Shown here piece by piece: positions 36,893 through 49,331 of a DNA stretch of 64,000 nt. This DNA comes from Scyliorhinus canicula (Eukaryota): the NCBI RefSeq assembly GCF_902713615.1, contig NC_052146.1:143075875-143139874 (forward strand), read 5' to 3'. The first letter of the stretch is position 1; each line of letters opens with the position of its first letter. Under the pieces are notes generated by a model. The model searched no databases. It saw only the letters and a program-made list of their open reading frames with translations, and was not told where the DNA came from. Position numbers and translations under genes: made by a program.

Positions 36893-38124
36893 TTTATATA
36901 ATTGGCAGCAAACATCACAAAGCTGTCCCCATAGCAGTACTTCAGTCAGACCTATGTTTATTGTTTGAACCTATGTGGCAATGTCTGAGGATGTAAATCT
37001 TCGTTATTTTTGGCCGAGTTCACTTGACCTGCACAGGGGGAGAGGAGTTTGGGGTACAACCCATTTTCACCCTTTGCTGACTGCATGCAGAAATTGTGAC
37101 GTGACAAGCAGGCAATTCATCAGATACCTTGCCCCCTGTTGTGGCATCCCAGTTGGAAGCAGCGTTGGCAGCATATCAAACTCTTCCATAAATTATGCAA
37201 GTTCAGCTTTGCAGCAAATCCGCTAGCATACTGGAGCATTTGACTTACTGTACAATGCCCTAAATAAAAATTGCAAATTGCATTGCACCAGATATCCAAG
37301 GGAACATGGATCAGCCAGAATTGTTCCATTTACACTTTCATTAACAGACTGTCCTGTTCTTCCTAAACAAAATGACAAGTGTCGGTCCCAAATATTGTTG
37401 ACCCAACGGAGCAGCACCCCAGCAGTACTATTACTGACTCTGGCCCATCTCAGGGTGGAAGTCTCAGTTTGCCACATTTCCAGTGGTGGAGTGGACCTTC
37501 TGGAATTCCTGGGCCACTGATATCCAGATATGGACAATATCGACACAAGTATATTCACAGTGAAACCTCATCATAACAAACTACGAAAATATACAATCCT
37601 TTTCACCCAGGAATTCAGAGGTAGACATTTTTATGATCAGCGAGGGCCACCCGCCACTGCAATCAGTCTCAAAAATTGAGAATTCCACCCTATGTTGCCA
37701 CAGAAATCTGCTATGTTGCCAGAGACGTGACCACCAGGAAAAGGTTTTCCTTTAGTTTATATATAATTACACATCACTCTTCAAGTTTGCTGATGCCGTA
37801 ACATTGATGATTCAATGCTTTTAACGGTTCTTCACTGGTTATCAATGCTCCTTTAAGGATTTGTTGCCTCTTTTATAGCCCCGTGAAATTTTAACTACAC
37901 AATCTCAAGACAGAACAATTGTCTTATACCATATTTAGTTTGCCTGCCAAATAGATCTTGTGTAATATTGTTTGCTCTCCCCGAAGCAGTAAAGGAAAAT
38001 CTTTTATTGTAATAACTGTTGCTGAGTACCACTGCCCTCTTAGGAAACACACAAATCTGCAGCACTTTCTCCAAAATGGATCTGTCAGCAACTACGTGCG
38101 ATACTCTTGATCACAGGATGGAAC

Positions 38125-38452
38125 TATGTTATTCTCCAAGTATGAATAAAGATTGTAGCCTTCCAGTAAACATAAATACTTAATTCAGTAGGTTTGTTCT
38201 GTTTCCAGAGCTTAACTAGATATAATACAGCCAAGAGGTATGGCCAGTGAAGCTAAGGTAAGCTGCCTATGCTGAGCTGTCTGTCTGCTGCTGCTGCTCC
38301 CTAGCTCTGTGCCTCTGAAAGAGGTGGATCCTCCCTTGAGCTGGACCCTTTATACCCGTCTCTGATGCCCTCTAGTGATTATGTGGCTGTTACATCTGTC
38401 TGCAGTCCCTGGTGTATGTGCAGATGTATGTACAGATGTACAGATCACTACA
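38125..38452 (-). mobile_element. Solo LTR (328 bp) with 5-bp TSD GGAAC
   Basis: Minus strand starts TGTAGTGATCTG, has TATAAAGG, and ends ...AATAACATA (CA mutated); GGAAC at 38120-38124 and 38453-38457. Confidence 0.75.
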
Positions 38453-38702
38453 GGAACAGATGGTTATTTTGATGAATCTGTTATTTTCTCCCTGTTAATT
38501 GTAGCCACAGAGCAAGAGTGCATTGGTCTTTCCCAAAACTTCAATAAGAGAGATGGTCTAGCATTACATTCACGTTCTGAAGGCTAAACTTTGAATCCCA
38601 TTTGAGGGCATCTCTCCAACACAACTAACACAGCACAACCATCTTTTCAACATTGCCTATTGAGAGAAGGAGTGTAAGATAGAAGACTGATATATTGCAT
38701 GA

Positions 38703-39686
38703 GGTACGGGTCAGGTACATTTTGGCGCCGCCCTTTTGGCGCCGACCTTTTGGCGCCCATCTGTTTTGGCGCTCATCTGTTTTGGCGCTGGCATTTTTGG
38801 CGCTGGCCTTTTTGGCGCCGCCAACAGGAATCCAACAGTCCGGGAGCTGGTTTGTTTACTGAGTTCATTTCCCTCAGTTTGTTGCTGACTTTCTTATCCC
38901 GTGAGTAGTTTTTATTGTCCAAGTCTCTCACCATCCGGCAAGTTCCCGCAAACTCATACACTGCTCTGTTACAGACGTCATGATCTGTCTGATATTAACT
39001 CTGTTACATAATGCTTATTTTAACACATTAATCAGATGAGACAGATGTTAAGGAGACCACTATTACAGTTAGCATTAAGATGAAATATGAGGAGGCAAGA
39101 GGTCACACACAGCACTCGTATGCCGCCGTGCTAATTGTAACTGCAGGGTCGGGCAAATTATAAAATAAGAGAAAGCTTGTCTGATGAGGTATAGTAGTAA
39201 ACCAGCCACTGCAGCCCCTGTCCGGGAACTTGCCGGATGGTGAGAGACTTGCTTAGGTACAGAACCTTTAGTTTGGGCATTTTGTTATTTTTCCCGAATC
39301 TAGTCTTATCTGCTGCTTTACTATTTGATCCGTACTCTGCATATTAACGTATGTACATCACCGCTATACGTATGGCAAATAATGACACACTTAGTAAACG
39401 TTATACGATTGAACCCGAGGGCTAAAGATAATAGCAAATTCGTAAGGAAACAATATCAGACAGATCATGACGTCTGTAACAGAGCAGTGTATGAGTTTGC
39501 GGGAACTTGCCGGATGGTGAGAGACAGTCAGCAACAAACTGAGAGAAATGAACTCAGTAAACAAACCAGCTCCCGGACTGTTGGATTCCTGTTGGCGGCG
39601 CCAAAAGGCCAAAAAGGCCAGCGTCAAAAAGGCCAGCGCCAAAACAGATGAGCGCCAAAAGGTCGGCGCCAAATAGTCCCATTCCC
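38703..39686. mobile_element. Non-autonomous foldback DNA transposon (MULE- or Merlin-like) with long TIRs, TTTTGGCGC tandem arrays and a 9-bp TSD
   Basis: ATTGCATGA at 38694-38702 and 39687-39695; GG...CC ends; arms ~38720-38996 and ~39452-39673 are reverse complements. Confidence 0.88.
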
Positions 39687-40203
39687 ATTGCATGAAAACC
39701 CATGCTCTTGATGCATCGGTTTGTACAGCCCGCAACAATTCAGTCATGAATTTATTGGGTTTCACCGAGGCAGGAAATCCATTTGCACTGGGTCTTTTCA
39801 ACTTTCCCCCTTTTCTAGTCTCCTCCAAATTTTCTGTCATTGGCAGTCAATTCTACCATTTACACTTGGATAAGTGCAGCTAGAAGAGGCTTTTTGACAT
39901 GGACCATGGTCCGGTTGAGAGTGTTGTTCATGGGAGATGTTTAACCACGGCCTTGTCTTGGCTCATACAAGATCCCATGCTACTATTTCAAGTGTCATGC
40001 CTGTGTTCTTGTGCAGTCTGTTCTTCTGTGTTCTTCTGGAACTGCTAAGGTGGTTGCCAGGAGTCAGGTTTAGTTAACATGCGTACCTCAAGCTTCTGGA
40101 AATCTCTAATTGAATCACCCTGGAATGGACATCCCTAGACAGCACCACTTAGTGGAATTCACACTCAGCATTGTTCAAAGTTCACGCCAAACACAGAATC
40201 AAT

Positions 40204-40881
40204 TGCCTGGATTCTCCGAAATCCCGACCAAGTGTTGACGCTGGCATAAACACCGGAGTGGTGCACGCCAGCATCAACGGGCCTCCTGGCCCAGCGATCC
40301 GGCAGCCCTCAGGGGGCCAGCACGGCGCTGGAGCGCTGCGCGCTGTTCAGACGCCGTAAGGCAGCCCTGCACTGCCAGCGCGGGTCTGCGCATGCACACG
40401 ACGACCGTTTCCTTGCCGCATGCGTGCGACGTCTGTCGCCGCACTGGCGCTGTGCAATATAGTGGAGCCCTACAGCGGGCCCACACGGAAGGAGGTAGGC
40501 CCCCTCCAGATCGCGGGCGCCCACCAATCGATAGCTCCCGATCGCGGGCCTGGACACCGTGGAGCCCCCCAGAGTTGGATACCCCGCCAGCCCCCCACTA
40601 GGATGGCCACTGCGGCCGCGGGTCCGAGCTCCCACCGGGTGGTACAAGGTTGGAACCACGGTGGTGGTACTCGCCGGGAATTCGGCTGGGCGACCGCAGA
40701 GAATCGCCGTGGTGGCCTCTTTCAGCGGCCCCCGACCGGCGCCATGTCGACTGCGCGGGCGCGATTGGCGCCGATTCTCCGATCGCCGGAGAATTGCGTC
40801 CCGGCGTCGAAGCAGCGTGACAGGAATTTCCCGCATCACCGCCAATTCTCCGACCCGGCACAGGCTCGGAGAATCCCGGCC
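40204..40881. mobile_element. GC-rich Harbinger-type MITE
   Basis: TIRs TGCCTGGATTCTCC...GGAGAATCCCGGCC; interior is the reverse orientation of 52678-53297. Confidence 0.82.
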
Positions 40882-41359
40882 CCTATACCTCTTAGTGCCT
40901 CCAAGGTCACTGCTTCACAAAGGGTAGTTAAACAGACAAGTTATCCACAAAGTGAGTGTGAAAGACCACCATCCAGCTTCCATTGTGTAGTGATTTATTT
41001 GGACTTACAAGCCATTCAATATCAGTATTGCTCACCCAAAGTACCAAAACTAACTGGTTTTGATCTCACTCATAGAAAAGTGAACAACCTTATTAGATGT
41101 ATCTTTCTCGAGTATGTGCTGTCTGACTGATGTGGCATTTAGTTTTGGGGTGGGTGTGTGAACAAGTAATAATCTTTATGTTTAAATGCACAAAAGTCTG
41201 CTGCTGGTTCTTTAGTTTTACTGCAGACTTTAGGGGGGCTTAGAAACGCACAGACCTACTTTTTCAAAAATAACCACACTGAATGCGGACAGTGAGGCAA
41301 GAGAATTCAGGTTTTCAGTTTATCTCTCCTATCCTATCCATAACACAACAAAGAACAAA

Positions 41360-41592
41360 GCGTTCTCCCTAAAGTCCAGCCAATATTTATCCCTCAGTCG
41401 ACATGAAAGATATACATCTAGAATCACCTCATTGCTCCCTGCGCTTTAAGCATCAAGCTTGAATGTTTCAATTGTCTGCTGCATTTCCTGTGTTACAACA
41501 GTAACGACACTTCAAAAGTACCTCGATGATTGTGAAACGTTGTGGGAATGAAGTTGCAAAAGGCATTTGATAAATGCAAGTTCTTTTTCTTT
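41360..41592 (+). mobile_element. DeuSINE (SacSINE1-like) 3' half
   Basis: CCAGCCAATATTTATCCCTCA...TTACAACAGTAACGACACTTCAAAAGTAC...ATAAATGCAAGTTCTTTTTCTT; same tail as 1760-1882. Confidence 0.6.
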
Positions 41593-41889
41593 TGATCAGT
41601 TGAGACAGCAGTGAAGCGCAATTGTAAAATATTAAAGAACCTTTCACAAAGCTCAAGCTCTGATCTTTGAGGAAGAAATACAGGAAGGAAGTTAAAGAAG
41701 CAAAGATCAAGTAAACAAAACAAATTCCCGGATGCAAATAAAAATAATTGAATAACATTTATAACTAAAGTTTATTGTAACCACCTCTGGGCATGGGCTT
41801 GCAATATATCTGCAGGGAAAGGATCTTAATTACATTGTTTGCAGGTTTACTTTCGGTAGCAACCTTGCAAAAGGTAACTATTCTAATTG

Positions 41890-42275
41890 TCAGCGCCATC
41901 AGAGGGACCGAGACTCATGTCTTCAAGTCAACAATAGTCTTGGCGCTAACCTGTTGGAGAACAAAGTTGAAAAGGCCATTCAACAAGTGAAAAATAGCAA
42001 AGCCTCTGCAGCAGGTGGAAATCGTTTTCCAATCCTGAAACGTGGCAGGGATACACTCCTGGCACGGCTGAGTAACTTTCATCTCTCATCTGGGAGGGAG
42101 GATGCTGCCAGGGATATCAGGAACGCTGTGATCATAAATATATTCAAAATTGAAACAAGTCTACCTGCGGTATCTACAGAGAAGACTCCCTGCTGTCTGC
42201 AGAAGGCAGGATTATTAAAAGGATCCTCCTTAATCACCGCCTCCCAGTGGCTGATGAACTCCTTCCCGAGACACA
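41890..42275 (+). mobile_element. RTE-clade LINE RT fragment
   Basis: KVEKAIQQVKNSKA...DIRNAVIINIFK... and RILLNHRLPVADELLPETQ motifs. Confidence 0.7.
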
Positions 42276-43359
42276 GGGGGCGATGCTCTGGTCATATTGC
42301 GCCCAGCACAAATCCTGTTGTAGGAGAACAAGTGAGCCCCCAAATCATGGGCTGGATTTGCCGATTCTGAGACTAAGTTCTGACGCTGACGTGGGAGGGG
42401 TGGTCTTTTATGACCGAGAAAACGCCGCAAAACGGCCACCGATGCCCCGATTGGTGGGGGGCTAGCAGGCACGCAGCGTAGAGCACCCGGCTTTAGCTGC
42501 CGATATGTCCCGAGACTTGCCGGGTCTGTGGCCGCGAATGCGCACGGCGGCAGTGTGCAGCGGCCGCGCCGTGCAACATGGCACCGGCCGCACGCAGACC
42601 AGCCTGCCAAATAGTGCCCCCCACCAATGCCCCCAGCCCCTGTCAAAGCCCCCCCCCCCCCGACCGCTGATCGACTCTCCCCCAACTGTGACGGTGCTGG
42701 ACTCAGGCCGCAGCCACCACGCCGAGTTCCCGACAAAAAGAGATTCACGCCGTCGGGAATTCGGCCCGTTAAGGGCTGAGCATCGGTGGGAGGGCCTCAG
42801 GTAACTCCTAGAGTATGCTGTTTTAGAGGGGCAGGAGCATCGTGAAAGCGGCGCGGCCCCCGATTTTGGCACTAACATTGATTCTCCGGCCGATCGCCGA
42901 ACGCAATTTCTCCCCATCCCCCCAGCGCAGTGCGAAGCCGGCAAGAATCACTACTAGTCTCTACCACCGGAGATGTGTGTTGACCACCCTGGGGGGGCTC
43001 AGAGGATATTGGGGATGTAGCATAGCACTGCCTCCTGATGCCTTGGCAGTGACAACCTGAAAGAAAGTGGGGCCTGAAAGAGGCAGGGCATGAAGGGTGG
43101 CATTCAGCGACTCCATAGCGGGCTGTCACTCACCTGGGGCTTCACACAGCACCGGTGTGGTGGAGAATACCAGGAACCAGGAGAATCCAGCTTCAAACAG
43201 TCCTGGAATGTCCTGACGATTTAAATATGCTAAATCTGTTCATGCCCAGCATTATGCACAGTTTGGTGCCCGGCACAAATCCCATTTAGGGTCGCTTCCG
43301 GTATCCTTCCAACAGAGCAGGATTTGCATCGGGCAAAACGCAGCCAGAAAATTGCCTCC
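42276..43359. mobile_element. Older TIR-bounded element with a younger GC-rich MITE (~42349-42950) nested inside
   Basis: GGGGGCGATGCTCTGG...GCCCAGCACAAATCCTG versus CAGGATTTGCATCGGGC...CCAGAAAATTGCCTCC; the nested copy starts GGGCTGGATTTGCC and resembles 55988-56644 in reverse. Confidence 0.65.
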
Positions 43360-43864
43360 TGTGTCACTGGAAGGAGTTCTTTGACCACTAGGAGGAGGCG
43401 ATTAAAGAGTTTCTTTGTAATAAACTTCCCTGCACCACATGCTGACACCAGCGATTGAGAGGTGTGGAGATCCTGGGAGAGGGGGGCACGAGGGGATTAA
43501 TGCAAGCGAGGATGGTGGGGGCAGGTGCAATGTGTGGGGCTGCTTAGCACCCTCAGTGTCTAAAGAAGCTGGTGATTCCCCCAGAATGAGACCACACCCA
43601 TGATCTCCACACTGAACCCTTGACCGCTCTCACTGGGACCAACCTCACTGACCCCAGTGAGGCCACCCCACTTGCCTGCACATCAGTGATTGCAATAGTT
43701 GCTCCTCTTCCTCGTCTCCTGGAGTACCAGCAGTGACCACTGCTGCCAGGACTGAAAGACTGCTGGCCATCTGATTGGCTCAAATATCTTCGAGGCAGAA
43801 TCCCCATCCTGAAAAGCCTGCCAACCCCAGCCGCAGGAAGATGCGGCATTATATTCCACATAAT

Positions 43865-45092
43865 CTATCTCTACTTGGAGAGGCAAGGCTTGATCGGGGA
43901 CGGTAGGCGTGACTTTGTGAGAGGGAGGCAATGCCGAACAAATTTGATTAAAGTTTTTGAGGAGGTGAACAGGTGTGTTGATGAGGGTAGTGCAGTTGAT
44001 GTAGCTAATCTGGGGCGTGATCCAATGGCCATGCTGCGCCCAAAAAACAGTTTGTCACAGCACAATGTGGCCGATAAAAGCCGGGATCCCCCGTCCCTGG
44101 GATCTACCCGGCTCACAACACCTCGGGGAAATCCAATGCGATCCTGCGTGATGTTGCGATGTAAATCCTGCCCATTGTGGGCAGGATCACTTTATGGCAA
44201 ATCTACAAGAGTGAGACAGCTAGTCTGACTCTAAAGTGCAGCTTCCAAGGTATCTGTGGATTTGGGATTTATCCCCTTCACCTGGGAGACTTTGGGTGAG
44301 TGCCATTCAGCACTGGTCCCCCCAAACGGGGACCAGACAGAATGGCACTCCTGAGGCTCTCCCAGGGGATTGGAGGCCCCCGAACTGCCCGGCCTTTGGG
44401 CAGGATGGTGCCCTGGTACTACTCATGTCATCTGGGCAGCAGTGCCAGCCTGTCACCTTGTCAATGCAACCTGGGTTCCAGCCTGGCACTACCAAGGTTC
44501 CCAAGTGACACTGCCAGCTGGCAGGGCCACTGCTTGGGAGCCAGGTTGGCACTGCCAAGATGCCAAACTGGGATTTTTTTGTGTGTGCATGATCAGGCGG
44601 GGGGTGCCCTGCATGGGTTTTGGGAGGGGATGGAGGGCTGGGTAGGTATCCCATAGTGAGTTTGGGCTGGGGGGTTTGGGGTTGATTTGGGGGCCTCAGA
44701 GTTCTCTTGCTTCACTGAGGAGTTCCGGTGAGCAGAATTCAGTGTACAAAACGGGGCTCTGTGCGGCCTCGGCTGCGCATTCCCCACTGAGGCTCTGTAT
44801 ACAACACAAGTCGTGTTGTATAGCCATGTGTTTCATGGCGCTGCGAGCACCGGGAAACACGCAGCTAAATGAGCCCGCTCTGGGACTTTGTTCCCAATTA
44901 GTTGAATTGCACCGATGGATTTCAGCAAGCGTTTGACACGGTCCAGCATGGGAGACTTCTCAAGAAGGCAAATGCACATGGGTTACATGTAATTTAATAT
45001 GGTGGATTCCAAATTGACTTTGTTGTAGGAGACACAGGGTGATGACAGAAGGCTGCTTTAGTGATTAGAAGCCAGTGTCCAGTGACGTGCCA
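43865..45092 (+). mobile_element. CR1 RT fragment split by a DNA element
   Basis: FVRGRQCRTNLIKVFEEV...VDV | MDFSKRLTRSSMG (frameshifted MDFSKAFD.V.H). Confidence 0.75.
44013..44914. mobile_element. 902-bp non-autonomous DNA element (Harbinger-like, second family)
   Basis: TIRs GGGCGTGATCCAA...TTGAATTGCACCG; flanks CTG/ATG; interrupts the CR1 RT frame. Confidence 0.75.
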
Positions 45093-45094
45093 TA

Positions 45095-45850
45095 GGGATA
45101 AAAGCAAATTACTGCGGATGCTGGAATCTGAAACGAAAGAGAAAATGTTGGAAAATCTCAGCAGGTCTGGCAGCATCTGTAGGGAGAGAAAAGAGCTAAC
45201 GTTTTGAGTCCAATGACTCTTTGTCAAAGCTAACAGACAGAGAAAGTAGGAAATATTTATACTGTGAAGTGAGAACAAAAGATGAGTCATAGCCACAGAA
45301 ACCCAGGGAAACCGGGTGCTAATGGTCACTGAAACCAAGGGTAAAGAATGCTAATGGCAGTCCCCAGAGAGAACAAAAGATGTGAAAGGCCAAACAGCAG
45401 AGAAACTAACATCAGAGGATGAACTGTGGATGGGGGGGGGGGGGGGGGGGGGGGGAGGGGAAGGGGAAGCAAAGAGGAGAAAGGGTAAGGGAAGTTGGAT
45501 AAGATTGGAGGGGAGGGGTTTAAATATATATTAACAAAGACAAGAAAGAAAGAAATGGTAAAAGACAGTTCAAATGAAATGAGATGAAAACAAATGGGTC
45601 GAGGTGGGGTAGAGTTAATCATCTGAAGTTGTTGAATTCGATGTTGAGACCGGAAGGCGGTAGCGTGCCTAACCTGAAGATGAGATGTTCCTCCAGTTTG
45701 CGTTGCACTTCACTGGAACATTGCAGCAGGCCAAGAACAGACATGTGGGCATGGGAGCAGGGTCCTTTGTTAAAATGGCAAGCAACAGGAAGATCAGGGT
45801 CCTGAATGGGAACAGACCGAAGATGCTCAGCAAAGCATCTTGTCATTTGT
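45095..45850 (-). mobile_element. Penelope-like retroelement 3' part (GIY-YIG endonuclease C-terminus, degenerate hammerhead, terminus)
   Basis: ORF 45619-45858 RCFAEHLRSV...LPVACHFN...HMSVLGL...RKLEEHLIFRLGTLPPSGLNIEFNNF; terminus matches 9459-9588. Confidence 0.85.
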
Positions 45851-45921
45851 AGCCTCAATATCCTGCAGGATGTTGGCTTAGAAAATTGAGTCCAGCCTTC
45901 TTTATTTATATAGATTTCCTA

Positions 45922-46101
<180 letters not shown>

Positions 46102-46454
46102 TCACAGCATTCCATAATTAAGAGCTGAGAAACTACAGAAATGTTCTGCACTGGTGATAATGTTAACTTAAAGTGTATACTTTAACTGCATTTACTCAAT
46201 GTGTCAATTCAAGTTGTCATTCAAACTTGCAAACCAGCACATTCTCTGAAAAAGGCATTCCTGCAAAGACGTATCACAGATTGTACCCAAAGTGACAATA
46301 AATCAAATTCAAACAGGTAATAGAAAAAAAATTACAGAGTAATCAAACCCAAATGATGCATTCAGCACCAATATTTGTTCAAATCTTTATATTTTTGACA
46401 TGACAAGCACATCAGCACCTTTCTTTTTAGCTAAACCCTTGGGCAACAATGTTT

Positions 46455-46827
46455 ATATTCTTTCATGGGATGTGGGCATTGCTGCCAAACCAACTATTTG
46501 TTGGCCATCCTTAATTGCTCTTTAACAAGTGGCTTAAAGGCCGTAGGGCATGTTAAGAAACAGCCACATTAACATGGGTCTGGAGTCACATGTAGGCCAG
46601 TTGAGGTAAGGACGGCAGATTTCCTTCCCGTAGTGAACCAGATAAGCTTTTCCAACAATCAATGATATTTGTGATAGCACTAAGACTACCTTCATATTCC
46701 AGATTAATTAATTGAATTAAAGTTCAAACAGGTGCCATGGTGGGATTTGAACCCATATTCCCAGAGCCTTAGTCTGGGCCTCTGGATTACCAGTCCAGTG
46801 ATATTACTATTACGCCATCATCTCCCC
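46455..46827 (-). mobile_element. tRNA-derived SINE of a third family
   Basis: Minus strand GGGGAGATGATGGCGTAATAG...GGTTCAAATCCC, central CCTTACC...GGCCTACATGTGACTCCAGACCC domain, tail GCCCACATCCCATGAAAGAAT shared with the LINE at 15548. Confidence 0.75.
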
Positions 46828-47569
46828 AAACGGTGTTCATCAAAATGTGGCCAATCATCAGTGGTAAAACTATTTAAAGGTACAGAACACCCTCACCAAT
46901 GAGCAAATTAGGGAGAGCAAATGAAAGCTGAATAGAACCAAATTTAAAGATACAAATTTTAACCCAATGCAAAAATCAACATTACTCAGCACCTCCCTCC
47001 GCATCATCACAACTGTTTCACCATTAGCAGAAAGGAATTATATGCAAACCTGTGCCCCTGATAATTGCAAAGCCATAAACAACTGTTTAAAGGTGCGCTT
47101 CAGGACTGTGGAAAATGTCCTCAGTCAAAAAGTTGGTTGGCAAGTTTGTATGTTCCTATTTCGGCTCGAAAATATGGAAATTTATAAACTCACACACAAC
47201 ACAGTTTTAACTCTGCTTCTTATTGCACCACAAGATATAATTTTAGATCAGTAATGCACAAAGAATTGTTAAAAATCATTATAATTCCAGATTATTAATA
47301 GCCATGTCGCCCTTATTCTCTCCTCTGCTCCCAACCCCAGCAAATTATTTCACAGAGCCAAGCGGGTGGAAGGAGAATGAGGGAGTGTACAGTCCTGTCT
47401 GTAACTGACTGACTGTCTGCCTGTTGTCAACATCACTGTGTTGTCTGCTTCGCAGGTGATGAATTGAAGTGACAAGGGACCTTTCCTTCTCAGTTCATTT
47501 TCCTTCCCTCTTTCCTCGCAACCAGGTTAAGAATGACAAGGGGCAAATGAGGACTTTCATGGACATTCA

Positions 47570-47869
<300 letters not shown>

Positions 47870-48729
47870 CTAATTAATTGGAAATTACCTGGAATTAAAC
47901 AGGTACCAATATATTGAACAGGACACACAGATAATTGTGAACAAAATGCTGCCATCTCTTTACAGTCTAAGTTGAAAATGGACAAAGGGGCAAAAGTAAG
48001 GTTTTGTTAAACCTGAAAAATTTTATTCATACCTAGTTGCTGATGAACAATTCTGATTGAAATTAATTCAGTGCCAACAGAATATCATCATGAATTAATG
48101 CTTTAGATTTGTGCTTTTGAACAGGTCAATATCATCATTTGCAGAAAATCTTTTGTTCGGTAAACACTTGAGATGAAGATTAAAATCTTGTCCCATTATG
48201 TTTGCGATTAAAAAATGTTCAATGTAACCAAAATTAAAATAGGCAGTGTTCCGGTCTTTGAAGCAGTTCCCATCAATCTGGCTACTGATTTGGTTCAATT
48301 AACAAGATGATATAAAGTGTGAACATATTGAAAGAATGGGAGGCAGCAATGAAAGAATCAAAATAAATGCTGCATCGACATTCCACAGGGAGTACTTTCA
48401 GTTACAATATTTAAAACTCCTCATGACAGTCTTTCAGATTCTTGTAAGACCATATTTAATTATAGAATAACATGAGGGGAGATGACATTATTGCTGTATG
48501 TCAAGATTATACTTTTTCTTTGAAATGCAGTTCTGGCAAACAAAATTGACACTTAAAACAGATATTTCATTAGACTCTGATATCTGTAAAGCTGTAGGGG
48601 GGTTGGTCACTAAATCAGCTCAGAGTTGGAAAGAAGGGAAAAATGGTTCCACTATTCTCGAGTTTGTTCCATCAACTTGTGCATTGGAGAAAGATATCAG
48701 TTTAACAAGATTCTTATTATGAAAGAGGA

Positions 48730-49331
48730 AGGAGGGGTGCTGAACACCTAGCCTTCGCCTTCCTGATTACCCGCCTCCTCACTGGCCATCAGCAGCGCCA
48801 ACCAAAGTTGCAGGCTGGCTGTCCGACCTGGCGGAACTTCTCAGGCTGGAGAAGATAAAGTTCGCCACCCTCCGGTCAGATGAAGGCTTTCACAGGATGT
48901 GGAAGCCATCCACCAACTTGTTCCAAGACCTGTTTGTGGCCAGCAACCAATAAAGTAGGGAGGGGGAGGAGTGGGGGGAGGGGAGTGCGGGGAGACACAG
49001 AGCAAGTCCCGGAAAAAATAAGAGAAAGAAAGGGGGGACGAATGCACCCAAGAGAAACACGGGAGACAGACCAAAGGGAGGGAAACTATAAGAGATCAGT
49101 TGGCAGGCAAATTAATGCCTGAACCATAATGTACATGAACAACTGTAAATACATATTCTGGTGAAGTCTGGCAATGCAAAGTCTGCAAGAGAAATATTTT
49201 TATTAAGAAGGGTTATTGCTGCAGCTGTCAGTTTGAACTACTTCTTTTGTTGATATATTTGTTGGTCTTATTTGGCCCTGTGAATTTGTGATATAAAATG
49301 TTAAAAGCTCAATAAAAATATTTTAAAAAAA
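48730..49331 (+). mobile_element. L1-clade LINE 3' end
   Basis: GWLSDLAELLRLEKIKF...EGFHRMW is homologous to the ORF2 end at ~61100-61290; G-rich 3'UTR, AATAAA and A-tail. Confidence 0.7.

Noticed and set aside
38720-38820. Short regularly spaced repeats resembling a CRISPR or iteron array
   Set aside because: Units are ~15 bp without unique spacers, are mirrored in an inverted arm and lie within a TSD. They are transposon subterminal repeats in eukaryotic DNA.
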